A stretch of DNA of 64,000 nt. It comes from Balanoglossus misakiensis. Lineage: Eukaryota; Animalia; Hemichordata. Each line of letters starts with the position of its first letter. Position 1 is the first letter of the stretch. The translations under genes and the position numbers were made by a program. Below, piece by piece: positions 41,001-53,000 of this stretch. The DNA lies in the NCBI GenBank assembly GCA_040954595.2, contig CM082579.2, positions 7,863,625 to 7,927,624 on the forward strand, written 5' to 3'. The notes under the pieces are model-generated. The model did not search any database. It saw nothing but the letters and a program-made list of their open reading frames with translations, and was not told the DNA's origin.

Positions 41001-44000
41001 AAAAATGAAGAAATTTTGATATTTCGGAAAGTCGAAAAATTGTCATTTTTGGATGATTTTCATGAGCTATAACCCATGCTTTTCTTCAAAAAATGACGAA
41101 ATTTTGATATTTCGGAAAGTCGAAAAATTGTCATTTTTGGATGATTTTCATGAGCTATAACCCATGCTTTTTGTCAAAAAATGAAGAAATTTTGATATTT
41201 CGGAAAGTCGAAAAATTGTCATTTTTGGATGATTTTCATGAGCTATAACCCATGCTTTTCTTCAAAAAATGAAGAAATTTTGATATTTCGGAAAGTCGAA
41301 AAATTGTCATTTTTGGATGATTTTCATGAGCTATAACCCATGCTTTTTGTCAAAAAATGAAGAAATTTTGATATTTCGGAAAGTCGAAAAATTGTCATTT
41401 TTGGATGATTTTCATGAGCTATAACCCATGCTTTTCTTCAAAAAATGAAGAAATTTTGATATTTCGGAAAGTCGAAAAATTGTCATTTTTGGATGATTTT
41501 CATGAGCTATAACCCATGCTTTTTGTCAAAAAATGAAGAAATTTTAATATTTCGGAAAGTCGAAAAATTGTCATTTTTGGATGATTTTCATGAGCTATAA
41601 CCCATGAATTTCGTCAAAAAATGAAGAAATTCTGAACTTTCGAAAAGTCAAAAAATTGTCATTTTTGGATGATTTTCATGAGCTATAACTCATGCTTTTC
41701 TTCAAAAAATGAAGAAATTTTGATATTTCGGAAAGTCGAAAAATTGTCATTTTTGGATTATTTTCATGAGCTATAACCCATGCTTTTCTTCAAAAAATGA
41801 AGAAATTTTGATATTTCGGAAAATCGAAAAATTGTCATTTTTGGATAATTTTCATGAGCTAAAACCCATGCTTTTTGTCAAAAAATGAAGAAATTTTAAT
41901 ATTTCGGAAAGTCAAAAAATTGTCATTTTTGGATGATTTTCATGAGCTATAACCCATGCTTTTCTTCAAAAAATGAAGAAATTTTGATATTTCGGAAAAT
42001 CGAAAAATTGTCATTTTTGGATAATTTTCATGAGCGATAACCCATGCTTTTCTTCAAAAAATGAAGAAATTTTGAAATTTCGGAAAGTCGAAAAATTGTC
42101 ATTTTTGGATGATTTTCATGAGCTATAACCCATGCTTTTCTACAAAAAATGAAGAAATTTTGATATTTCGGAAAGTCGAAAAATTGTCATTTTTGGATGA
42201 TTTTCATGAGCTATAACCCATGCTTTTCTTCAAAAAATGAAGAAATTTTGATATTTCGGAAAGTCGAAAAATTGTCATTTTTGGATGATTTTCATAAGCT
42301 ATAACCCATGCTTTTTGTCAAAAAATGAAGAAATTTTAATATTTCGGAAAGTCGAAAAATTGTCATTTTTGGATGATTTTCATGAGCTATAACCCATGAA
42401 TTTCGTCAAAAAATGAAGAAATGTTGAACTTTCGAAAAGTCGAAAAATTGTCATTTTTGGATGATTTTCATGAGCTATAACTCATGCTTTTCTTCAAAAA
42501 ATGAAGAAATTTTGATATTTCGGAAAGTCGAAAAATTGTCATTTTTGGATTATTTTCATGAGCTATAACCCATGTTTTTCTTCAAAAAATGAAGAAATTT
42601 TGATATTTCGGAAAGTCGAAAAATTGTCATTTTTGGATGATTTTCATGAGCTATAACCCATGCTTTTTGTCAAAAAATGAAGAAATTTTAATATTTCGGA
42701 AAGTCGAAAAATTGTCATTTTTGGATGATTTTCATGAGCTATAACCCATGCTTTTCTTCAAAAAATGAAGAAATTTTGATATTTCGGAAAGTCGAAAAAT
42801 TGTCATTTTTGGATGATTTTCATGAGCTATAACCCATGCTTTTTGTCAAAAAATGAAGAAATTTTGATATTTCGGAAAGTCGAAAAATTGTCATTTTTGG
42901 ATTATTTTCATGAGCTATAACCCATGCTTTTCTTCAAAAAATGAAGAAATTTTGATATTTCGGAAAGTCGAAAAATTGTCATTTTTGGATGATTTTCATG
43001 AGCTATAACCCATGCTTTTTGTCAAAAAATGAAGAAATTTTAATATTTCGGAAAGTCGAAAAATTGTCATTTTTGGATGATTTTCATGAGCTATAACCCA
43101 TGAATTTCGTCAAAAAATGAAAAAATTCTGAACTTTCGAAAAGTCGAAAAATTGTCATTTTTGGATGATTTTCATGAGCTATAACTCATGCTTTTCTTCA
43201 AAAAATGAAGAAATTTTGATATTTCGGAAAGTCGAAAAATTGTCATTTTTGGATTATTTTCATGAGCTATAACCCATGCTTTTCTTCAAAAAATGAAGAA
43301 ATTTTGATATTTCGGAAAATCGAAAAATTGTCATTTTTGGATAATTTTCATGAGCTATAACCCATGCTTTTTGTCAAAAAATGAAGAAATTTTAATATTT
43401 CGGAAAGTCGAAAAATTGTCATTTTTGGATGACTTTCATGAGCTATAACCCATGCTTTTCTTCAAAAAATGAAGAAATTTTGATATTTCGGAAAGTCGAA
43501 AAATTGTCATTTTTGGATGATTTTCATGAGCTATAACCCATGCTTTTCTTCAAAAAATGAAGAAATTTTGAAATTTCGGAAAGTCGAAAAATTGTCATTT
43601 TTGGATGATTTTCATGAGCTATAACCCATGCTTTTCTTCAAAAAATGAAGAAATTTTGATATTTCGGAAAGTCGAAAAATTGTCATTTTTGGATGATTTT
43701 CATGAGCTATAACCCATGCTTTTTGTCAAAAAATGAAGAAATTTTGATATTTCGGAAAGTCGAAAAATTGTCATTTTTGGATGATTTTCATGAGCTATAA
43801 CCCATGCTTTTCTTCAAAAAATGAAGAAATTTTGATATTTCGGAAAGTCGAAAAATTGTCATTTTTGGATGATTTTCATGAGCTATAACCCATGCTTTTT
43901 GTCAAAAAATGAAGAAATTTTAATATTTCGGAAAGTCGAAAAATTGTCATTTTTGGATGATTTTCATGAGCTATAACCCATGAATTTCGTCAAAAAATGA

Positions 44001-47000
44001 AGAAATTCTGAACTTTCGAAAAGTCAAAAAATTGTCATTTTTGGATGATTTTCATGAGCTATAACTCATGCTTTTCTTCAAAAAATGAAGAAATTTTGAT
44101 ATTTCGGAAAGTCGAAAAATTGTCATTTTTGGATTATTTTCATGAGCTATAACCCATGCTTTTCTTCAAAAAATGAAGAAATTTTGATATTTCGGAAAAT
44201 CGAAAAATTGTCATTTTTGGATAATTTTCATGAGCTAAAACCCATGCTTTTTTTCAAAAAATGAAGAAATTTTAATATTTCGGAAAGTCAAAAAATTGTC
44301 ATTTTTGGATGATTTTCATGAGCTATAACCCATGCTTTTCTTCAAAAAATGAAGAAATTTTGATATTTCGGAAAATCGAAAAATTGTCATTTTTGGATAA
44401 TTTTCATGAGCGATAACCCATGCTTTTCTTCAAAAAATGAAGAAATTTTGAAATTTCGGAAAGTCGAAAAATTGTCATTTTTGGATGATTTTCATGAGCT
44501 ATAACCCATGCTTTTCTACAAAAAATGAAGAAATTTTGATATTTCGGAAAGTCGAAAAATTGTCATTTTTGGATGATTTTCATGAGCTATAACCCATGCT
44601 TTTCTTCAAAAAATGAAGAAATTTTGATATTTCGGAAAGTCGAAAAATTGTCATTTTTGGATGATTTTCATAAGCTATAACCCATGCTTTTTGTCAAAAA
44701 ATGAAGAAATTTTAATATTTCGGAAAGTCGAAAAATTGTCATTTTTGGATGATTTTCATGAGCTATAACTCATGCTTTTCTTCAAAAAATGAAGAAATTT
44801 TGATATTTCGGAAAGTCGAAAAATTGTCATTTTAGGATTATTTTCATGAGCTATAACCCATGTTTTTCTTCAAAAAATGAAGAAATTTTGATATTTCGGA
44901 AAGTCGAAAAATTGTCATTTTTGGATGATTTTCATGAGCTATAACCCATGCTTTTTGTCAAAAAATGAAGAAATTTTAATATTTCGGAAAGTCGAAAAAT
45001 TGTCATTTTTGGATGATTTTCATGAGCTATAACCCATGCTTTTCTTCAAAAAATGAAGAAATTTTGATATTTCGGAAAGTCGAAAAATTGTCATTTTTGG
45101 ATGATTTTCATGAGCTATAACCCATGCTTTTTGTCAAAAAATGAAGAAATTTTGATATTTCGGAAAGTCGAAAAATTGTCATTTTTGGATTATTTTCATG
45201 AGCTATAACCCATGCTTTTCTTCAAAAAATGAAGAAATTTTGATATTTCGGAAAGTCGAAAAATTGTCATTTTTGGATGATTTTCATGAGCTATAACCCA
45301 TGCTTTTTGTCAAAAAATGAAGAAATTTTAATATTTCGGAAAGTCGAAAAATTGTCATTTTTGGATGATTTTCATGAGCTATAACCCATGAATTTCGTCA
45401 AAAAATGAAAAAATTCTGAACTTTCGAAAAGTCGAAAAATTGTCATTTTTGGATGATTTTCATGAGCTATAACTCATGCTTTTCTTCAAAAAATGAAGAA
45501 ATTTTGATATTTCGGAAAGTCGAAAAATTGTCATTTTTGGATTATTTTCATGAGCTATAACCCATGCTTTTCTTCAAAAAATGAAGAAATTTTGATATTT
45601 CGGAAAATCGAAAAATTGTCATTTTTGGATAATTTTCATGAGCTATAACCCATGCTTTTTGTCAAAAAATGAAGAAATTTTAATATTTCGGAAAGTCGAA
45701 AAATTGTCATTTTTGGATGATTTTCATGAGCTATAACCCATGAATTTCGTCAAAAAATGAAGAAATTCTGAACTTTCGAAAAGTCAAAAAATTGTCATTT
45801 TTGGATGATTTTCATGAGCTATAACTCATGCTTTTCTTCAAAAAATGAAGAAATTTTGATATTTCGGAAAGTCGAAAAATTGTCATTTTTGGATTATTTT
45901 CATGAGCTATAACCCATGCTTTTCTTCAAAAAATGAAGAAATTTTGATATTTCGGAAAATCGAAAAATTGTCATTTTTGGATAATTTTCATGAGCTAAAA
46001 CCCATGCTTTTTGTCAAAAAATGAAGAAATTTTAATATTTCGGAAAGTCAAAAAATTGTCATTTTTGGATGATTTTCATGAGCTATAACCCATGCTTTTC
46101 TTCAAAAAATGAAGAAATTTTGATATTTCGGAAAATCGAAAAATTGTCATTTTTGGATAATTTTCATGAGCGATAACCCATGCTTTTCTTCAAAAAATGA
46201 AGAAATTTTGAAATTTCGGAAAGTCGAAAAATTGTCATTTTTGGATGATTTTCATGAGCTATAACCCATGCTTTTCTACAAAAAATGAAGAAATTTTGAT
46301 ATTTCGGAAAGTCGAAAAATTGTCATTTTTGGATGATTTTCATGAGCTATAACCCATGCTTTTCTTCAAAAAATGAAGAAATTTTGATATTTCGGAAAGT
46401 CGAAAAATTGTCATTTTTGGATTATTTTCATAAGCTATAACCCATGCTTTTTGTCAAAAAATGAAGAAATTTTAATATTTCGGAAAGTCGAAAAATTGTC
46501 ATTTTTGGATGATTTTCATGAGCTATAACCCATGAATTTCGTCAAAAAATGAAGAAATGTTGAACTTTCGAAAAGTCGAAAAATTGTCATTTTTGGATGA
46601 TTTTCATGAGCTATAACTCATGCTTTTCTTCAAAAAATGAAGAAATTTTGATATTTCGGAAAGTCGAAAAATTGTCATTTTTGGATTATTTTCATGAGCT
46701 ATAACCCATGTTTTTCTTCAAAAAATGAAGAAATTTTGATATTTCGGAAAGTCGAAAAATTGTCATTTTTGGATGATTTTCATGAGCTATAACCCATGCT
46801 TTTCTTCAAAAAATGAAGAAATTTTGATATTTCGGAAAGTCGAAAAATTGTCATTTTTGGATGATTTTCATGAGCTATAACCCATGCTTTTTGTCAAAAA
46901 ATGAAGAAATTTTGATATTTCGGAAAGTCGAAAAATTGTCATTTTTGGATTATTTTCATGAGCTATAACCCATGCTTTTCTTCAAAAAATGAAGAAATTT

Positions 47001-50000
47001 TGATATTTCGGAAAGTCGAAAAATTGTCATTTTTGGATGATTTTCATGAGCTATAACCCATGCTTTTTGTCAAAAAATGAAGAAATTTTAATATTTCGGA
47101 AAGTCGAAAAATTGTCATTTTTGGATGATTTTCATGAGCTATAACCCATGAATTTCGTCAAAAAATGAAAAAATTCTGAACTTTCGAAAAGTCGAAAAAT
47201 TGTCATTTTTGGATGATTTTCATGAGCTATAACTCATGCTTTTCTTTAAAAAATGAAGAAATTTTGATATTTCGGAAAGTCGAAAAATTGTCATTTTTGG
47301 ATTATTTTCATGAGCTATAACCCATGCTTTTCTTCAAAAAATGAAGAAATTTTGATATTTCGGAAAATCGAAAAATTGTCATTTTTGGATAATTTTCATG
47401 AGCTATAACCCATGCTTTTTGTCAAAAAATGAAGAAATTTTAATATTTCGGAAAGTCGAAAAATTGTCATTTTTGGATGATTTTCATGAGCTATAACCCA
47501 TGCTTTTCTTCAAAAAATGAAGAAATTTTGATATTTCGGAAAGTCGAAAAATTGTCATTTTTGGATGATTTTCATGAGCTATAACCCATGCTTTTCTTCA
47601 AAAAATGAAGAAATTTTGAAATTTCGGAAAGTCGAAAAATTGTCATTTTTTGATGATTTTCATGAGCTATAACCCATGCTTTTCTTCAAAAAATGAAGAA
47701 ATTTTGAAATTTCGGAAAGTCGAAAAATTGTCATTTTTTGATGATTTTCATGAGCTATAACCCATGCTTTTCTACAAAAAATGAAGAAATTTTGATATTT
47801 CGGAAAGTCGAAAAATTGTCATTTTTGGATGATTTTCATGAGCTATAACCCATGCTTTTCTTCAAAAAATGAAGAAATTTTGATATTTCGGAAAGTCGAA
47901 AAATTGTCATTTTTGGATGATTTTCATAAGCTATAACCCATGCTTTTTGTCAAAAAATGAAGAAATTTTAATATTTCGGAAAGTCGAAAAATTGTCATTT
48001 TTGGATGATTTTCATGAGCTATAACCCATGAATTTCGTCAAAAAATGAAGAAATGTTGAACTTTCGAAAAGTCGAAAAATTGTCATTTTTGGATGATTTT
48101 CATGAGCTATAACTCATGCTTTTCTTCAAAAAATGAAGAAATTTTGATATTTCGGAAAGTCGAAAAATTGTCATTTTTTGATTATTTTCATGAGCTATAA
48201 CCCATGTTTTTCTTCAAAAAATGAAGAAATTTTGATATTTCGGAAAGTCGAAAAATTGTCATTTTTGGATGATTTTCATGAGCTATAACTCATGCTTTTC
48301 TTCAAAAAATGAAGAAATTTTGATATTTCGGAAAGTCGAAAAATTGTCATTTTTGGATGATTTTCATGAGCTATAACCCATGCTTTTTGTCGAAAAATGA
48401 AGAAATTTTGATATTTCGGAAAGTCGAAAAATTGTCATTTTTGGATGATTTTCATGAGCTATAACCCATGTTTTTCTTCAAAAAATGAAGAAATTTTGAT
48501 ATTTCGGAAAGTCGAAATTTTTTTTTTTTTGGATGATTTTCATGAGCTATAACCCATGCTTTTTGTCAAAAAATGAAGAAATTTTAATATTTCGGAAAGT
48601 CAAAAAATTGTCATTTTTGGATGATTTTCATGAGCTATAACCCATGCTTTTTGTCAAAAAATGAAGAAATTTTAATATTTCGGAAAGTCGAAAAATTGTC
48701 ATTTTTGGATGATTTTCATGAGCTATAAGCCATGCTTTTCTTCAAAAAATGAAGAAATTTTGATATTTCGGAAAGTCGAAAAATTGTCATTTTTGGATGA
48801 TTTTCATGAGCTATAACCCATGCATTTTGTCAAAAAATGAAGAAATTTTGATATTTCGGAAAGTCGAAAAATTGTCATTTTTGGATAATTTTCATGAGCT
48901 ATAACCCATGCTTTTTGTCAAAAAATGAAGAAATTTTAATATTTCGGAAAGTCGAAAAATTGTCATTTTTGGATGATTTTCATGAGCTATAACCCATGCT
49001 TTTCTTCAAAAAATGAAGAAATTTTGATATTTCGGAAAGTCGAAAAATTGTCATTTTTGGATGATTTTCATGAGCTATAACCCATGAATTTCGTCAAAAA
49101 ATGAAGAAATTCTGAACTTTCGAAAAGTCGAAAAATTGTCATTTTTGGATGATTTTCATGAGCTATAACTCATGCTTTTCTTCAAAAAATGAAGAAATTT
49201 TGATATTTCGGAAAGTCGAAAAATTGTCATTTTTGGATTATTTTCATGAGCTATAACCCATGCTTTTCTTCAAAAAATGAAGAAATTTTGATATTTCGGA
49301 AAATCGAAAAATTGTCATTTTTGGATAATTTTCATGAGCTATAACTCATGCTTTTCTTCAAAAAATGAAGAAATTTTGATATTTCGGAAAGTCGAAAAAT
49401 TGTCATTTTTGGATTATTTTCATGAGCTATAACCCATGCTTTTCTTCAAAAAATGAAGAAATTTTGATATTTCGGAAAGTCGAAAAATTGTCATTTTTGG
49501 ATGATTTTCATGAGCTATAACCCATGCTTTTCTTCAAAAAATGAAGAAATTTTGATATTTCGGAAAGTCGAAAAATTGTCATTTTTGGATGATTTTCTTG
49601 AGCTATAACCCATGCTTTTTGTCAAAAAATGAAGAAAATTTGATATTTCGGAAAGTCGAAAAATTGTCATTTTTGGATGATTTTCATGAGCTATAACCCA
49701 TGCTTTTCTTCAAAAAATGAAGAAATTTTGATATTTCGGAAAGTCGAAAAATTGTCATTTTTGGATGATTTTCATGAGCTATAACCCATGCTTTTTGTCA
49801 AAAAATGAAGAAATTTTAATATTTCGGAAAGTCGAAAAATTGTCATTTTTGGATGTTTTTCATGAGCTATAACCCATGAATTTCGTCAAAAAATGAAGAA
49901 ATTTTGATATTTCGGAAAGTCGAAAAATTGTCATTTTTGGATGATTTTCATGAGCTATAACCCATGCTTTTCTTCAAAAAATGAAGAAATTTTGATATTT

Positions 50001-53000
50001 CGGAAAGTCGAAGAATTGTCATTTTTGGATGATTTTCATGAGCTATAACCCATGCTTTTTGTCGAAAAATGAAGAAATTTTGATATTTCGGAAAGTCGAA
50101 AAATTGTCATTTTTGGATGATTTTCATAAGCTATAACCCATGTTTTTCTTCAAAAAATGAAGAAATTTTGATATTTCGGAAAGTCGAAAAATTGTCATTT
50201 TTGGATGATTTTCATGAGCTATAACCCATGCTTTTTGTCAAAAAATGAAGAAATTTTAATATTTCGGAAAGTCAAAAAATTGTCATTTTTGGATGATTTT
50301 CATGAGCTTTAACCCATGCTTTTTGTCAAAAAATGAAGAAATTTTAATATTTCGGAAAGTCAAAAAATTGTCATTTTTGGATGATTTTCATGAGCTATAA
50401 ACCATGTTTTTCTTCAAAAATGAAGAAATTTTGATATTTCGGAAAGTCGAAAAATTGTCATTTTTGGATGATTTTCATGAGCTATAAGCCATGCTTTTCT
50501 TCAAAAAATGAAGAAATTTTGATATTTCGGAAAGTCGAAAAATTGTCATTTTTGGATGATTTTCATGAGCTATAACCCATGCATTTTGTCAAAAAATGAA
50601 GAAATTTTGATATTTCGGAAAGTCGAAAAATTGTCATTTTTGGATAATTTTCATGAGCTATAACCCATGCTTTTTGTCAAAAAATGAAGAAATTTTAATA
50701 TTTCGGAAAGTCGAAAAATTGTCATTTTTGGATGATTTTCATGAGCTATAACCCATGCTTTTCTTCAAAAAATGAAGAAATTTTGATATTTCGGAAAGTC
50801 GAAAAATTGTCATTTTTGGATGATTTTCATGAGCTATAACCCATGCTTTTCTTCAAAAAATGAAGAAATTTTGATATTTCGGAAAGTCGAAAAATTGTCA
50901 TTTTTGGATGATTTTCATGAGCTATAACCCATGAATTTCGTCAAAAAATGAAGAAATTCTGAACTTTCGAAAAGTCGAAAAATTGTCATTTTTGGATGAT
51001 TTTCATGAGCTATAACTCATGCTTTTCTTCAAAAAATGAAGAAATTTTGATATTTCGGAAAGTCGAAAAATTGTCATTTTTGGATTATTTTCATGAGCTA
51101 TAACCCATGCTTTTCTTCAAAAAATGAAGAAATTTTGATATTTCGGAAAATCGAAAAATTGTCATTTTTGGATAATTTTCATGAGCTATAACCCATGCTT
51201 TTCTTCAAAAAATGAAGAAATTTTGAAATTTCGGAAAGTCAAAAATTGTCATTTTTTGATGATTTTCATGAGCTATAACCCATGCTTTTCTTCAAAAAAT
51301 GAAGAAATTTTGATATTTCGGAAAGTCGAAAAATTGTCATTTTTGGATGATTTTCATGAGCTATAACCCATGAATTTCGTCAAAAAATGAAGAAATTCTG
51401 AACTTTCGAAAAGTCGAAAAATTGTCATTTTTGGATGATTTTAATGAGCTATAACTCATGCTTTTCTTCAAAAAATGAAGAAATTTTGATATTTCGGAAA
51501 GTCGAAAAATTGTCATTTTTGGATTATTTTCATGAGCTATAACCCATGCTTTTCTTCAAAAAATGAAGAAATTTTGATATTTCGGAAAATCGAAAAATTG
51601 TCATTTTTGGATAATTTTCATGAGCTATAACCCATGCTTTTTGTCAAAAAATGAAGAAATTTTAATATTTCGGAAAGTCGAAAAATTGTCATTTTTGGAT
51701 GATTTTCATGAGCTATAACCCATGCTTTTCTTCAAAAAATGAAGAAATTTTGATATTTCGGAAAGTCGAAAAATTGTCATTTTTGGATGATTTTCATGAG
51801 CTATAACCCATGCTTTTCTTCAAAAAATGAAGAAATTTTGAAATTTCGGAAAGTCAAAAATTGTCATTTTTTTGATGATTTTCATGAGCTATAACCCATG
51901 CTTTTCTTCAAAAAATGAAGAAATTTTGATATTTCGGAAAGTCGAAAAATTGTCATTTTTGGATGATTTTCATGAGCTATAACCCATGGTTTTTTTCAAA
52001 AAGTGAAGAAATTTTGATATTTCGGAAAGTCGAAAAATTGTCATTTTTGGATGATTTTCATGAGCTATAACCCATGCTTTTCTTCAAAAAATGAAGAATT
52101 TTTGATATTTCGGAAAGTCGAAAAATTGTCATTTTTGGATGATTTTCATGAGCTATAACCCATGCTTTTTTTCAAAAAATGAAGAAATTTTAATATTTCG
52201 GAAAGTCGAAAAATTGTCATTTTTGGATTATTTTCATGAGCTATAACCCATGCTTTTCTTCAAAAAATGAAGAAAATTTGAAATTTCGGAAAGTCGAAAT
52301 GACAATCTTTCTACTTTGCGAAAGTTCAAAATTTCTTCATTTTTTTGACAAAAATCATGGGTTATTGCTCATGAAAATCATCCAAAAATGACACTTTTTC
52401 GACTTTGCGAAAGTTCAAAATTTCTTCATTTTTTGACAAAAATCATGGGTTATAGCTCATGAAAATCATCCAAAAAGGACAATTTTTGGACTTTGCGAAA
52501 GTTCAAAATTTCTTCACTTTTTTGAAAAAAATCATGGGTTATAGCTCATGAAAATCATCCAAAAATGACAATTTTTCGACTTTGCGAAAGGTTCAAAATT
52601 TCGTATCCATTCATCCTTAGAAGCACACACACACGCACGCACGCACGCACACGCACGCACGCACACACATACATACATACATACATACATACATACATAC
52701 ATACATACATACATACATACATACATACATACATACATACATACATACATACATACATACATACATACATACATACATACATACATACATACATACATAC
52801 ATACATACATACATACATACATACATACATACATACATACATACATACATACATACATACATACATACATACATACATACGCAAGCACGCACGCACATGC
52901 GCGCACACACATTCACACACTCATACATTGCACAAAGAAGCTAAGAATGTTTTTCTCAAGACAAATTATCATAAAACTTACCACATTTGCAAACAATCTC

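Noticed and set aside
21061-52299. CRISPR array or coding ORFs ([10 protein letters not shown]...) in the repeat
   Set aside because: There are no unique spacers; monomers are contiguous. The 88-bp period is not a multiple of 3, and the short ORFs arise from 1-nt indels.
52532-52928. Long MYVC/YIHT-repeat ORFs (also poly-His/Ser at 57229-57454 and LSIY at 61998-62300)
   Set aside because: Translations of microsatellites.
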